Shown here one piece after another: positions 1 to 10,940 of a stretch of DNA of 64,000 bases; within the stretch, counting starts at the first letter, position 1; each line of letters opens with the position of its first letter. Source of the stretch: Clostridia bacterium. GTDB taxonomy: Bacteria > Bacillota > Clostridia > UMGS1883 > UMGS1540. The notes beneath the pieces are model-generated. The model was not told the origin of the DNA and ran no database searches. It worked only from the letters and a program-made list of their open reading frames with translations. The stretch lies in NCBI GenBank assembly GCA_045533905.1, contig JAZSIR010000001.1:64001-128000 (forward strand), read 5' to 3'. The position numbers and the translations under genes are program-made.

Positions 1-1559
1 TATACCTTCATGCCGGAGGTAAGAACTGTGCCCGCGAGAACAGCTGTGCCATCTTCATATTTCCAATTGAAGGTATACCCGAGGGTATCCGCAAAGGTCA
101 GACTTTCAATTACGCTGCCCTTGGCTACCTTCTTTTCCACATCGTCCACATAGATGGTAATCGGCCCGTCAATCCAGACTGCCTTTAAGGTAAGCCCTTC
201 TGTCGTAGTCAGATCTTCTGTAACGGCAAGCGCAGTTACTGGCGTACCCGAAAGTGTCTGCCAGCCGTCAAGTGCAAAGCCATCTCTCTCCACATTGTCA
301 TTTTGGGGAAGAACAATCGTGCTCTGATTTTCTACCGTGAAGCTTACGGGAGCGGTGTATCCGTCCTTATAGTAGGCAAACGGCGTTGCACCGTCCGCAT
401 CTACAAAATGCAGCGGATACACATTCAGTGCATAGTTTGTGAAAATCTTCATACCGGCGGTGAGAACGGTTTCCGGGAGAACGGGGTCCCCGTTTTCATA
501 TTTCCAGCTGAAGGTGTAACCGAGTCTGTCTTCATACGAAATGCTTTCAATCTTGCTGCCTGCGCGGACGGCTTTGGTTACGTTATCTACATAAATGGTA
601 ATCCAGGAAGAACCGGCACCGCCTGAGCCGGGCTTTGCAAGGAAGCTTGCGCGTGTTTTCTCTAAAAGACCGGTAAATACGGCTTCATCGCGGTAATTCA
701 TAAAGGGCGTTACGCCGTTTACGTTGTTTACCACAACATTTTCGCCTAAAGTTGTATTCTGAATCGTAATGGTACCACCGCGGGCTAAAAGGCGCTTTTC
801 CACCTTGATGCCTTTGAGAAGGACATCTTCATCCATCGCGCCGTCACCGATCACAAGGTCACTTGTAACAGAAAGGCCTTCGAGGGTTACATTGCCGGTG
901 CGGAGCACCACAATGCCTGCAAGGTCTTCTTTATATGTACCTTCTTCTGTGATGTAGGTACGAATGGCATTGTGCATAAACTGAGCAAATTCCTCGCGCG
1001 TGATGAGAGCGCCGGGATTTACATTGCCGAGATCGTCCCCGTTTACATAGCCGCGGGAAACAAGAGCAGCCATACCGTCCTTCGCCCAATCGGAAATCTT
1101 GGCGTTATCGCCGAACTTTGCAAGACTTTCGTGATTCGTGCTTTCCAGAACGAGGACACGGGATACTGCCGTGAACACTTCTTCTCTGGTAATATTATGG
1201 TCAGGATGCATCAGGGTCGCGCTGACGCCCTGCATAGCCCCCATCTTGACTACCTTTGCAATATAGTCATAATACCAGGCTGCGCGGCTCACATCCGAAT
1301 ACCCGGAAATATCTGCACGCGTTTCCGCCCCGAAGGCACGGACTATAATCGCGGCAAATTCTGCTCTTGTGAGCTTGCCTGTCGGTCTGATTTCTCCGTT
1401 CTCATAGCCATTCAAAAGGCCATTGTCGACGGCTGCCGTCATAGCCTCTTTTGACCAGCCGGTCGGAAAATCCACAAACGTTGCCGCCTGGACAAAGCTT
1501 GCGGGGATGAGCGATAACAAAAGTACTGTCGCTACCACTAAACTAATAAGTCGCTTCAT
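1..1559 (-). CDS. S-layer homology (SLH) domain surface protein, truncated by the window's left edge
   Basis: Manual translation from the ATG at 1559 (RBS GGGAGA): signal peptide MKRLISLVVATVLLLSLIPASFVQA, then three SLH-like repeats (…GLLNGYENGEIRPTGKLTRAEFAAII…, …HPDHNITREEVFT…, …VNPGALITREEFAQFM…). Absent from the ORF track because no stop codon lies in the window. Confidence 0.85.
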   Translation of the reverse strand, partial: MKRLISLVVATVLLLSLIPASFVQAATFVDFPTGWSKEAMTAAVDNGLLNGYENGEIRPTGKLTRAEFAAIIVRAFGAETRADISGYSDVSRAAWYYDYIAKVVKMGAMQGVSATLMHPDHNITREEVFTAVSRVLVLESTNHESLAKFGDNAKISDWAKDGMAALVSRGYVNGDDLGNVNPGALITREEFAQFMHNAIRTYITEEGTYKEDLAGIVVLRTGNVTLEGLSVTSDLVIGDGAMDEDVLLKGIKVEKRLLARGGTITIQNTTLGENVVVNNVNGVTPFMNYRDEAVFTGLLEKTRASFLAKPGSGGAGSSWITIYVDNVTKAVRAGSKIESISYEDRLGYTFSWKYENGDPVLPETVLTAGMKIFTNYALNVYPLHFVDADGATPFAYYKDGYTAPVSFTVENQSTIVLPQNDNVERDGFALDGWQTLSGTPVTALAVTEDLTTTEGLTLKAVWIDGPITIYVDDVEKKVAKGSVIESLTFADTLGYTFNWKYEDGTAVLAGTVLTSGMKV

Positions 1560-1573
1560 TGTGTTCTCCCTTC

Positions 1574-2263
1574 CTAATCCATATATCGGTTAATAAAATA
1601 TGCTTTCTTTGCTTTTTTCTCATTCAGATATGCACTTTCAAGCTTATCTGCAATGCTTTCATCCTGTCCGCTTTTCTTTGCAGCCTCGCGTACCTCTTCC
1701 AAAATGGCATATACCACAGCGTCACATTCATTTTCCCATGCTACCACCTGCGAGAGATACTGGTTCAAAAGCCTTTGCTTTGCACCTTTTTTCTCCTCCG
1801 GCGACATCGCAATGTAAAGACCTCTTACCTGTGCCTCTACCCCATCGAGTTTGCCGAGATACATATTCTTCTGTACATACAGCTTCGCGATGGCTTCGGA
1901 AACTGTCTTGTCCATCACACTCGGCGTCGGCGATGCGGTCACACCCGGTGTTGGATCCGGCCCCTCCTCTTTCGGTTCCTCCTTGGAGGTGAGCCGGTTT
2001 ACAATTTCCTCTTCCGTCATCGTGCCTTCCTCCAGCGCCTTTTGCTCTTCTGGCGTAAGGTCACGTACCACGATTTCTTTGCTGTCTATATATTCCTGCA
2101 GGTCCTCTTTTGCACCCTCCAGCTGACGGTCTATATCCTCCTGCGAATACCGGAGCGCATCGAAAAATGCCTCAATGCTGTTCCGGTTTTGATACAGAAT
2201 CCCCAGAAGAATAAGGAGTACGACCAGCAGAATGCACAGTACAATTTTCAGAGCTTTTTTCAT
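1574..2263 (-). CDS. hypothetical membrane-anchored helical protein
   Basis: ORF with an N-terminal hydrophobic anchor (IVLCILLVVLLILLGILY) and a Pro/Thr linker; AAGGAG RBS before the ATG at 2263. Confidence 0.7.
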   Translation of the reverse strand: MKKALKIVLCILLVVLLILLGILYQNRNSIEAFFDALRYSQEDIDRQLEGAKEDLQEYIDSKEIVVRDLTPEEQKALEEGTMTEEEIVNRLTSKEEPKEEGPDPTPGVTASPTPSVMDKTVSEAIAKLYVQKNMYLGKLDGVEAQVRGLYIAMSPEEKKGAKQRLLNQYLSQVVAWENECDAVVYAILEEVREAAKKSGQDESIADKLESAYLNEKKAKKAYFINRYMD

Positions 2264-2385
2264 ACTTTTCTCCTTTTTGGACACACCACTCCACTATTTA
2301 AATGTATTCCAATATATTATACAAGGTTTCCATTCAAAAGTCAAGAATAATTCTACGAATTTACGCTTTTTTTATGTTCAAAAAA

Positions 2386-2432
2386 AAGCAAATCCCTTTC
2401 CCGGAAATCCGGGCGGGATTTGCTTGTTTTTT
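2386..2432 (-). terminator. intrinsic terminator hairpin
   Basis: aagcaaatccc…gggatttgctt stem flanked by A/T runs, downstream of the F420-ligase-like gene. Confidence 0.6.
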
Positions 2433-2443
2433 TTGTATTTTTC

Positions 2444-3634
2444 TTAATCCGTAAGGTTATCAAAATAGCCCTGTACCAAAACAATCGGCGTGCCCTTATC
2501 GCCCGAGCCGCTCGTAAGGTCGCACAAGGAACCGATAAGGTCTGTAAGGCGACGCGGCGTAGTCCCCTGCGAGGCCATATTCCCGACAAGGTCGCCATCT
2601 TTTTTACGGATAGCATCGGCGATGGCATCGTTTAAGGCCTTGCCGGAAAGATTTGCAAAATCATTGTCGGCAAGATACTTGAGCTTCAGCTCGTTCGGCG
2701 TACCTTCAAGCCCCTTTGTATAGGCGGGCGACACAACCGGGTCGGCAAGCTCCCAGATTTTTCCGATCGGATCACGGAATGCACCGTCCCCGTACACCAT
2801 AACCTCTACACGCTTGCCGCTTGCGGCATACAGCTTTTCCTGGATAGTGTCTACAAGAGCAAAGCACTCCTGCGGGAAGAGCTTTACTGTGTCTTCCGTG
2901 GATTTATTCGAGCCTAAAAGCCCGTATCTTTCGTTAAAGCCGCTGCCGTCTACGGAAGTGTTCATAATTTCATCCAGGCCCAGAACCCGTTTGGCGCCTG
3001 CCGCAAGGAGGATGCGCTTTGTGCGGGCACGGGAGTGAATGTCGCAGTTTAAAACTGTATCGGTATAGCGAAGGATTACACGCGGGTCATTGGCCAGAAG
3101 GATTTCCACCTCGGCGCCGCACGCGCGGATGAGGTCTCCGTAGTAGCGGACATAATCCACACCCGTGAAAGGATGGGGATTTTCGCCAAAGAGCTCTCTG
3201 TATTTTTCTTCAGTCAGAACATCCGAATAGGGATTAATGCCGGCTTCATCAAGCTGGTCAAGCGAAACGAGTGCATTGCCGACCTCGTCGCTCGGATAGT
3301 TGAGCATCAGCACAATCTTCTTTGCGCCCTTTGCAATGCCGCGAAGGCAGATGGCGAAACGGTTACGGCTGAGAATCGGGAAGATAACGCCAATGGTTTC
3401 ACCGCCGAGCTTTGTCTTTACATCCTTTGCGATCGCTTCCACGGAAGCATAATTGCCCTGCGCGCGGGCTACGACGGATTCGGTTACGGCAACCACATCA
3501 CGGTCACGAAGAGCAAAGCCTTCGGATTCAGCCGCTTCCAAAACGCTATTTACAACGATAGAGGCAATATCATCACCCTCGCGGATAATCGGGCAACGGA
3601 CACCTCTTGAAACTGTACCAATTTTTCTTTCCAT
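2444..3634 (-). CDS. coenzyme F420-0:L-glutamate ligase (CofE)-like family protein
   Basis: N-terminal GVRCPIIREGDD…VVAVTESVVARAQG and C-terminal DLIGSLCDLTSGSGDKGTPIVLVQGY are typical of CofE-like proteins; RBS GGAGG before MERK. Confidence 0.8.
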   Translation of the reverse strand: MERKIGTVSRGVRCPIIREGDDIASIVVNSVLEAAESEGFALRDRDVVAVTESVVARAQGNYASVEAIAKDVKTKLGGETIGVIFPILSRNRFAICLRGIAKGAKKIVLMLNYPSDEVGNALVSLDQLDEAGINPYSDVLTEEKYRELFGENPHPFTGVDYVRYYGDLIRACGAEVEILLANDPRVILRYTDTVLNCDIHSRARTKRILLAAGAKRVLGLDEIMNTSVDGSGFNERYGLLGSNKSTEDTVKLFPQECFALVDTIQEKLYAASGKRVEVMVYGDGAFRDPIGKIWELADPVVSPAYTKGLEGTPNELKLKYLADNDFANLSGKALNDAIADAIRKKDGDLVGNMASQGTTPRRLTDLIGSLCDLTSGSGDKGTPIVLVQGYFDNLTD

Positions 3635-3740
3635 AAAAAATCCCTCCGACTTCTTGACATTTCTGTCTACGCTCATTATAATACAAATATAGCTATTAGT
3701 AAAGCAGATAATTTTTAGAACAGTGATAAGGAGAGCTTAT

Positions 3741-4616
3741 ATGAAAGCAAAGCCGGATGCCTACCGCATTTTTTATGAAACGGCGCGTTTTTCTTCCTTT
3801 TCTGCCGCCGCAGAGCATTTATACATCTCGCAGTCTGCCATTTCGCAGTGTATCCGTAATCTGGAAAAGGATTTGCAGACGCAGCTTTTTGTGCGCTCAA
3901 GGCGCGGTGCCGTACTCACGGCGGAGGGACAGCTTCTTTTTGAGAAGGTAGAAAGCGCGATGCAGGCGCTCGACCAGGGCGAGATGCTTCTGGCGCGCCG
4001 CCGCCATCTGGAAAGCGGCTCGCTTGTGATTGCGGCCGCCGATACAATTACAAGTCATTATCTCCTCCCCTATCTCGAAAAATTCCACGCGGCGTACCCG
4101 GGGATTCGCATTGAAATGGCAAACTCCTATTCCTCCCACATGCTGCAGCTTGTAAAAGAAGGTGCGGCTGAGCTTGCTTTCGTGAACCTACCGGCTGAGG
4201 AGGAGGCGCTTTGCATTGCCCCTTGTCTTGAAATCCATGATATTTTTGTTGCAGGTGCAGAATATGACGTGCAGGATAGCTATACCTGGGAAGAAATTGC
4301 GAAGGAGCCTCTTATTTTGCTCGAAACACATTCCTCTTCCCGCCGGTACCTTGACCATGCTTTTGCCCTTCAAAATATACCGCTCACGCCGCAAATTGAG
4401 GTGGCGGCACACGACCTTCTTATCCGTTTTGCCTCGATTCATTTAGGCGTTTCGTGTGTGGTGGAGGAATTTGCAAAAGAAAGCATCGCGCGAGGACTGA
4501 TTCGTCCCTTGCCGCTCACGCCGCCCCTTGCTCCTCGTCATATCGGCTATGCACACCTTCGAAACACGCCGCTTTCCCCTGCCGCAAAGGCTTTTTTAAA
4601 GCTGATAAAAAAATAG
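3741..4616 (+). CDS. LysR-family transcriptional regulator
   Basis: HTH SFSAAAEHLYISQSAISQCIRNLEKDL…LFVRSRRG; divergent from the CofE-like gene. Confidence 0.93.
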   Translation: MKAKPDAYRIFYETARFSSFSAAAEHLYISQSAISQCIRNLEKDLQTQLFVRSRRGAVLTAEGQLLFEKVESAMQALDQGEMLLARRRHLESGSLVIAAADTITSHYLLPYLEKFHAAYPGIRIEMANSYSSHMLQLVKEGAAELAFVNLPAEEEALCIAPCLEIHDIFVAGAEYDVQDSYTWEEIAKEPLILLETHSSSRRYLDHAFALQNIPLTPQIEVAAHDLLIRFASIHLGVSCVVEEFAKESIARGLIRPLPLTPPLAPRHIGYAHLRNTPLSPAAKAFLKLIKK

Positions 4617-4648
4617 AAAAAGCGCCAAACTTTTGTTTGGCGCTTTTG
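4617..4648. terminator. bidirectional terminator
   Basis: aaaagcgccaaac-tttt-gtttggcgctttt between convergent genes. Confidence 0.75.
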
Positions 4649-4649
4649 A

Positions 4650-6014
4650 TTATGCCGCATACATTTTTTGGAATGCTTTTTTACGAACACAAAGGAAGCA
4701 AATGTAATGCACTATAACAACAACCACCCAAGAAATCGGCCAACAGAGGAAAAGCATCTCTATAGTGTGGTGGAGAGGCAAAATGAGCGCAATCCACAAA
4801 AGACGCAGGCCGCAGGCACCCACGAGAGAGTTTACGGTGCTGAGGGTAGAATAGCCGAGACCGCGAAGCACGCCGCTCATGACCTCCATCATACCACACA
4901 GAAAATACGGAAGCCCCGTATAGATCATGCGAATAACACCGAAATCAATAGCCTCCGGCGAATCTGTGATGTAAATGCGAAGAAGCGGCCGCGCAAACAG
5001 GACGGTAATCGCACCGAGCAAGGCACCGACAACGCTTGTACACGCAAGAAGCGTGTACATGGATGTATATACGCGTTTTTCGTTTTTGGCGCCGTAGTTT
5101 TGGCCTACTGCCGTTACGGTCGCCTGCGAGAAGGCGTTCATTGCCGTATACACAAACCCTTCAATGTTGGACCCTGCGGCGCCACCTGCAATGGCAGCCT
5201 TGCCGAAGGAGTTTACGCCGGACTGAATCGTTACGTTCGCAACGGCAAACAGTGTGCTCTGAATCCCCGACGGCACCCCGATTTTGAGGATCTCCAAAAT
5301 TTCCTCCTTATAGGCGCGGATTTTAGAAAGTGTGAGTCTGTACATACCGTTTGTATGAATAAGGGCATAAATAACGGCAAACGCAGAAAGGTAATTGGAA
5401 ACGCCCGTAGCAATGGCAACGCCCACAACATCCATATGAAATACAATGACCAAAACGAGATTTAAAATTACATTTACGATGCCGGTGAGTGCCAATATGT
5501 AAAGGGGACGCTTGGTATCACCCACCCCGCGAAGAACAGAAGCACCAAAGTTATAGACAAGCGTTCCGGGAAGACACAAAAAGATAATGCGTATATACAA
5601 AACTGCGCCGTCGAAAACTCTTCCCTCGGGCGTACCCATAAGCCGAAGCATAGGGGCAGAAATCAAAAGACCTACCACAAGGGCAATCACGCCTACAGCA
5701 AGACTGAGGAATACTGTAGTATGTACAGCACGGCGAACGCCGGCCGCATCCTTCGCGCCATATTTTCTTGCCACAACAACGCCCGCTCCTATGGAAAGCC
5801 CGACGCAGAAATTGAGAACCAGTGTGTTTAGAGAGCTCGTGGCCCCTACCGATGCCATCGCATCACTTCCTGCAAAACGGCTGACCACAATAAGGTCTGC
5901 CGCATTATAGAGAAGCTGCAAAATGTTTCCCAAAATCAGGGGAATTACAAACCGAATTACATTTTCGAAAATAGAGCCCCGGGTCATATCGATTTCGCTT
6001 TTATGCTTTCGCAT
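4650..6014 (-). CDS. MATE family efflux transporter
   Basis: PLILGNILQLLYNAADLIVV, LRGVGDTKRPL, GQNYGAK motifs; about 12 TM segments. Confidence 0.93.
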   Translation of the reverse strand: MRKHKSEIDMTRGSIFENVIRFVIPLILGNILQLLYNAADLIVVSRFAGSDAMASVGATSSLNTLVLNFCVGLSIGAGVVVARKYGAKDAAGVRRAVHTTVFLSLAVGVIALVVGLLISAPMLRLMGTPEGRVFDGAVLYIRIIFLCLPGTLVYNFGASVLRGVGDTKRPLYILALTGIVNVILNLVLVIVFHMDVVGVAIATGVSNYLSAFAVIYALIHTNGMYRLTLSKIRAYKEEILEILKIGVPSGIQSTLFAVANVTIQSGVNSFGKAAIAGGAAGSNIEGFVYTAMNAFSQATVTAVGQNYGAKNEKRVYTSMYTLLACTSVVGALLGAITVLFARPLLRIYITDSPEAIDFGVIRMIYTGLPYFLCGMMEVMSGVLRGLGYSTLSTVNSLVGACGLRLLWIALILPLHHTIEMLFLCWPISWVVVVIVHYICFLCVRKKAFQKMYAA

Positions 6015-6195
6015 CTTTTGCCCCTCCAAATTCGCTTGTTACACTTATTATACACCCCAAAATCAAATATGCAAGTGAAAACACGTAAAAAAACAATGAA
6101 AACTCGCATATTTTGCGACATCTCCTGCAAAAAGACCTTGCGACGCTTTTTAAAATATGATAAAATAAATGTATACCTAAGAAAGAGGGATAAAT

Positions 6196-7074
6196 ATGAA
6201 AGAGATACGGCTTTGCGAGGCATGTATGCATTGCCTGATTAAAAAATTTACCAAAGCATATCCGGATAGCATAGACGAGCGCACAAAGCTTTCGTATATA
6301 CAGGGCGTACTCGCTTGTATCGCACGCGCCGATGTAGAAATGAGCGCGCCGGAGATTGTGCCGGAAATAGAAAAAGTCTGGGAAAAGCATTTTGGGCCGC
6401 AAAAGGAATTTGCAGAAATCAAGCGGCACTTTAATCTTTTGCTTCTCTCTATGGAAGATGCGCTTTGGAAGAAGATTTCCGAAAGTGACCGGCCCCTTCT
6501 CTCAGCTCTCCAGTATGCGATGATGGGCAATTACATTGATTTCGGCGCTGTGGAAAACGTAACAGAAGAAGCCCTTCTGGGCTTTATGGAAGACGCGGAA
6601 AACATCGTGCCGGACAAGGCTGTTTTTGAAATGCTTTTGCACGATTTGGAAAATGGGAAAAAGCTTATTTATCTTACGGATAACTGCGGCGAAATTGTAC
6701 TTGACAAGCTTTTTCTCCGCACCATTGTAGAGATATATCCGCATCTGGATGTAAAAGCGATTGTGCGCGGCTTCCCTGTTCTCAATGATGCCACGATGGA
6801 AGATGCCGAAATGATAGGTCTTTCGGATGTGGTGCCCGTTTTAGATAACGGCTCCCCCATTGCCGGCACGTGCCTCGGGAAAATTTCGAAAGAAGCGGAG
6901 AACGAGATTGAAGGTGCCGATATTATCCTTGCAAAGGGGCAGGGAAATTTCGAAACGCTTCTCCACTCGGGCAAAAATATATATTATATTTTTATGTGCA
7001 AATGTCTTTTGTTTGCCGAGAGATTTGGTGTGCCACAATATACGGGTATGCTCAAAAATGAGCGTCTTTTGTAA
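6196..7074 (+). CDS. DUF89/ARMT1-like damage-control phosphatase
   Basis: CxxC N-terminus, GNYIDFG, YLTDNCGEIVLD, LNDAT, AKGQGNFETL motifs. Confidence 0.88.
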   Translation: MKEIRLCEACMHCLIKKFTKAYPDSIDERTKLSYIQGVLACIARADVEMSAPEIVPEIEKVWEKHFGPQKEFAEIKRHFNLLLLSMEDALWKKISESDRPLLSALQYAMMGNYIDFGAVENVTEEALLGFMEDAENIVPDKAVFEMLLHDLENGKKLIYLTDNCGEIVLDKLFLRTIVEIYPHLDVKAIVRGFPVLNDATMEDAEMIGLSDVVPVLDNGSPIAGTCLGKISKEAENEIEGADIILAKGQGNFETLLHSGKNIYYIFMCKCLLFAERFGVPQYTGMLKNERLL

Positions 7075-7088
7075 AAGGAGATGACGAT

Positions 7089-8021
7089 ATGCAGGAATAT
7101 ACTTGTGATGTTCTGATTTTAGGCGGCGGGCCTGCTGGGTATACAGCTGCGCTCTATGCTGCAAGAGCCGGCCTTTCGGCCATCGTTGTGGAAAAAATGG
7201 CTGCCGGCGGGCAGATGGCCATCACGCCCGAAATTGATAACTATCCCGGATTTGATGCGGGTATTTCCGGTTTTGAGCTCGGTATGCAGATGCAAAAAGG
7301 TGCCGAGCGGTTTGGTGCGCGCACGGTGCAGGGCGAGGTTCTTTCAATAGAACTTGAAAGCACTTTGAAGGTTGCCGAAACACGCACAGCCCGTTTTGAA
7401 TCCAAAAGCGTAATTCTCGCCACGGGCGCAAGTCCCCGAAAGCTCGGCCTGCCGAATGAAGAAGCTCTTATCGGGCGTGGCGTGAGCTACTGCGCAAATT
7501 GCGATGGGATGTTCTACCGCGACAAAACCGTTGTGATTGTAGGCGGCGGCAACACCGCAGCAGAGGATGCGCTCCTCCTTTCTAAAATTTGCAAAAAGGT
7601 CATCCTTGTGCACAGACGTGACACGCTCCGTGCTTCCAAAATTTACAAAGCAGCGCTTGCAAAAGCGGAGAATGTAGAATTTTTCTGGAACAGCACCGTT
7701 TACGAAATCCTTGCAGAAGAGAGAGTCTCTGGCGTGGCGGTAGAAAGCACCGAGACAGGCAAAAAGACCAAAATCGATTGTGACGGCATCTTCATTTCCA
7801 TCGGCCGTGTGCCCGACACCGCACTGGTTTCCGAAAAAGTTACACTGGATGCGGGCGGCTATATCGTTTCGGACGAAAGCACGAAAACAAACATTCCGGG
7901 CGTATTTGCTGCCGGCGATGTCCGCACCAAAGCGCTTCGGCAGATTGTGACAGCGGCCGCCGACGGCGCCGTGGCCGCACACTTTGCCGAGGAATATATC
8001 GCAGAAAAATTTCAAAATTAA
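7089..8021 (+). CDS. trxB: thioredoxin-disulfide reductase
   Basis: GGGPAGYTAALY, GRGVSYCANCDG (CxxC), GGGNTA, GVFAAGD…QIVTAAADG. Confidence 0.95.
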   Translation: MQEYTCDVLILGGGPAGYTAALYAARAGLSAIVVEKMAAGGQMAITPEIDNYPGFDAGISGFELGMQMQKGAERFGARTVQGEVLSIELESTLKVAETRTARFESKSVILATGASPRKLGLPNEEALIGRGVSYCANCDGMFYRDKTVVIVGGGNTAAEDALLLSKICKKVILVHRRDTLRASKIYKAALAKAENVEFFWNSTVYEILAEERVSGVAVESTETGKKTKIDCDGIFISIGRVPDTALVSEKVTLDAGGYIVSDESTKTNIPGVFAAGDVRTKALRQIVTAAADGAVAAHFAEEYIAEKFQN

Positions 8022-8022
8022 C

Positions 8023-8052
8023 AAAGGAGCAAGCCACAAGGCTTGCTCCTTT
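8023..8052. terminator. bidirectional terminator
   Basis: aaaggagcaagcc-acaa-ggcttgctccttt. Confidence 0.75.
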
Positions 8053-8065
8053 CGTATACTCTTCT

Positions 8066-8260
8066 TTATTGAAGCTCCGGTTTCCCGGGCATTACGATGG
8101 CTGCTATGATATAGGCAAGAATGCCGCTTCCGCCGAGGAGTGTAAAAGCTACCCATGCAAGACGGATGACGGTGGGATCCATGTCAAAATACTCTGCAAT
8201 GCCGCCGCATACGCCGGAAAGCTTCTTTTCCGTACTCGATTTATAAATTCTCTTTTTCAT
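8066..8260 (-). CDS. PspC domain protein
   Basis: KKLSGVCGGIAEYFDMDPTVIRL…AYIIAAIVMP. Confidence 0.9.
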   Translation of the reverse strand: MKKRIYKSSTEKKLSGVCGGIAEYFDMDPTVIRLAWVAFTLLGGSGILAYIIAAIVMPGKPELQ

Positions 8261-8676
8261 ATATTTTCTCCTTTCTGCAGGGTGTTTTCCTGGTTTCTGT
8301 ACATAACAAACTTGGAAAACAAAAATTCCAGAATAAAATTAGAAAGCATTGTGACCGCCAGAATCAGATATTCAGGGATGCCTGCCACATCTGCAAGATG
8401 CCCGAGATAGGTAGACAGCGGCGTAAAGACGGCATAGAAGCCGAAAAGCTTTGCCATCGCCACCGGCACATTGGCAGCCGACTGGAAGGTATACCGCCTG
8501 TTAAACGTAAAGTTCCAGAGGATGGACAAAAGCAACGAGACAAGATACGCCGGCCAATACGGCCAGGAAAGCACGGCATCAAACACCGCAAAGGATACGA
8601 CCTGCACAATGCCTGCAGATATGGAAAACAATGTGAATTTCACCATCTGCACAACGGTATTCTTTTGCATTTTCAT
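8257..8676 (-). CDS. GtrA family membrane protein
   Basis: VKFTLFS…WNFTFNRRYTF motif; four TM segments. Confidence 0.85.
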   Translation of the reverse strand: MKMQKNTVVQMVKFTLFSISAGIVQVVSFAVFDAVLSWPYWPAYLVSLLLSILWNFTFNRRYTFQSAANVPVAMAKLFGFYAVFTPLSTYLGHLADVAGIPEYLILAVTMLSNFILEFLFSKFVMYRNQENTLQKGENI

Positions 8677-8879
8677 CCCCCACTTTCACTTTTAGTATAG
8701 CATATGCTGCCGAAAGAGTCAATAACAAAAGAATAAGGGGATGTAAAAATACTCCAGACCGCAAAAGGCAGAAACAAAGCCAAACAGAAGAGCTTATAGC
8801 TTGGTAAAACACTGAAAATTTTATATACGTTGAAAAATATCGTAATTCGGCACTATTTTTCTCTTATGAAATGCTTACT

Positions 8880-9060
8880 TCACCGCTCGCAGGCGTCGCA
8901 AATCTCACTTTTGGGCCGTTCGCTGTCGCAGAGCGTCCCTTTTCGCTCGCTTGCTCCTTTTCCCCTTAAAGTCTTACGACTTACGGGGTCCCTTTATGTA
9001 CAGCTTCGGGCATATGCAAACCGAGCTTTGCCTCGGTTTGCATTCAGTTTGCTGCTTCTG
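8880..9060. repeat. cluster of REP-like palindromes
   Basis: 12-bp stem atgcaaaccgag/ctcggtttgcat (9014-9043), aagtc-ttac-gactt hairpin and cgctcgc repeats in a non-coding gap. Confidence 0.5.
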
Positions 9061-9082
9061 AAATATTTTTCATATCTCCAAA

Positions 9083-9128
9083 AAGGGGAGTAAAAAATCC
9101 AGTTGGATTTTTTACTCCCCCCCCTTTT
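9083..9128 (-). terminator. terminator downstream of fucI
   Basis: ggggagtaaaaaatcca…tggatttttactcccc stem. Confidence 0.6.
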
Positions 9129-9134
9129 CGTTTT

Positions 9135-10940
9135 TTACTTCCGTGTATCCCTAAAGAGCGGGCCATATGCCTCGCAGGCTCTGTAATCCGCGCCTTCCTT
9201 ATCCATCCCAAAGGCGTTCCACGCGGAGGGTCTGAATATCTTTTCCTCCGGTACATTGTGCATACATACAGGGATGCGGAGCATAGAGGCGAGCGTGATA
9301 AGGTCCGCACCCACGTGACCGTAGGAAATGGCACCGTGATTTGCGCCCCAATTATTCATCACATCGTAGGCCGTTTTGAATGCACCATCGCCTTCGCAGC
9401 GCGGGGCAAACCACGTGCACGGCCACGTGTAGTCCGTGCGCTTCCAAAGCGTATCCGATACTTCTTCGGGGAGCTCTATCGTCCATCCTTCGGCAATCTG
9501 CAAAACGGGGCCAAGACCTTTCACGAGGTTTAAGCGTATCATTGTTGCCGGCATTTCGGCTCTTGTTTCAAAGCGGGACGAATATCCGCCGCCTCTGAAA
9601 TAGCCTACATCTGCATAGTTCCAGGTAGAATTGGCAAGGATGGCCTTCTGGTCTTCTTCCGTAATCTCGTACCAGGGCTTCATCACGGGATTCCCGTTTG
9701 CATCCTTTGCCGCGCCGACAGCATCGAGGCAGCAGGCGCCGGAATTGATAAGATGAATAAATCCGTCCGCGTCTTTTGCCTTTCCTTCGATGGAATAGCC
9801 CGTGGCTCTCTTTACGGCATCGCCGCTCCAGTAGGTACGGACGTCCGCAAACATCTGGGCGCGGTTTGTAAGAAGCTTTAAGAACAGCATACCAATGCCG
9901 TTTAAGACATCATTTTCCGTAGCGAGGATATACGGTTCTCTTGCGCCGTCCCAGTCAAAGGAGGTATTGAGCATCGCTTCGGGGAAATCGCAGTTCGGGT
10001 AGAAATCTGTCCACTGTCTCTGCCCCTGGAAGCCTGCCGCAATGGCGTTATGCCCCACCCTTTCCTCCTCGCAGCCTTTCGGGAGGTTCGGGTTGCCGCT
10101 CATAAGGTCTTTGATAATGACCATCATTTTAACAACAAATTCCCAGTCACGATCCTTTTCCTCACGTGTTTTCTGGAGGTGTTCGGGGTTTTTATCAAAG
10201 CCTTCTATACAGTTGGCGCGTGTCCACGCGAGGGCTCTTTTATATTCTTCCTCATCATAGATCCCTTCTGTCATACGGCGGATGATTTCCACCTCGTCCA
10301 CCGATTCCACGCGCATACCGAGGTATTCTTCAATAAATTCAGGGCTGATAATGGAGCCGCCGATACCCATACAAATCGAGCCAATCTGGAGGTACGACTT
10401 ACCGCGCATCGTTGCCGCAGCGACCGCCGCGCGTGCAAAACGCAAAAGCTTTTCCTTAACATCCTCGGGAATCCGGTTATCATTGGCTTCACAGACATCG
10501 CGGCCGTAAATGCCAAAGGCCGGAAGGCCTTTCTGGGCGTGTGTGGCCAAAACGGAGGCCAGATATACTGCGCCCGGGCGTTCTGTGCCGTTAAAGCCCC
10601 ATACGGCCTTAATGGTGTTTTTATCCATATCCATCGTTTCCGCGCCGTAGCACCAGCAAGGTGTAACGGTTATCGTGATATCCACGCCCTCTTTGCGGAA
10701 TTTTTCAGCACATGCCGCCGCTTCTGCCACGCGGCCGATTGTGGTATCTGCAATAATTACTTTGACGGGTGTACCGTCCGAATACCGGATGTTTTCGCGA
10801 AGCAGCTGCGCTGCGCTTTCTGCCATCTGCATCGTCTGCCCCTCAAGGGATTCGCGAACGCCCAAAACGCCGCGTCTGCCGTCAATTGTGGGACGGATGC
10901 CGATTACGGGGTACTCCCCTATATATCTTTTTCTTGCCAT
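9135..10940 (-). CDS. fucI: L-fucose isomerase
   Basis: [57 protein letters not shown]. Confidence 0.96.
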   Translation of the reverse strand: MARKRYIGEYPVIGIRPTIDGRRGVLGVRESLEGQTMQMAESAAQLLRENIRYSDGTPVKVIIADTTIGRVAEAAACAEKFRKEGVDITITVTPCWCYGAETMDMDKNTIKAVWGFNGTERPGAVYLASVLATHAQKGLPAFGIYGRDVCEANDNRIPEDVKEKLLRFARAAVAAATMRGKSYLQIGSICMGIGGSIISPEFIEEYLGMRVESVDEVEIIRRMTEGIYDEEEYKRALAWTRANCIEGFDKNPEHLQKTREEKDRDWEFVVKMMVIIKDLMSGNPNLPKGCEEERVGHNAIAAGFQGQRQWTDFYPNCDFPEAMLNTSFDWDGAREPYILATENDVLNGIGMLFLKLLTNRAQMFADVRTYWSGDAVKRATGYSIEGKAKDADGFIHLINSGACCLDAVGAAKDANGNPVMKPWYEITEEDQKAILANSTWNYADVGYFRGGGYSSRFETRAEMPATMIRLNLVKGLGPVLQIAEGWTIELPEEVSDTLWKRTDYTWPCTWFAPRCEGDGAFKTAYDVMNNWGANHGAISYGHVGADLITLASMLRIPVCMHNVPEEKIFRPSAWNAFGMDKEGADYRACEAYGPLFRDTRK

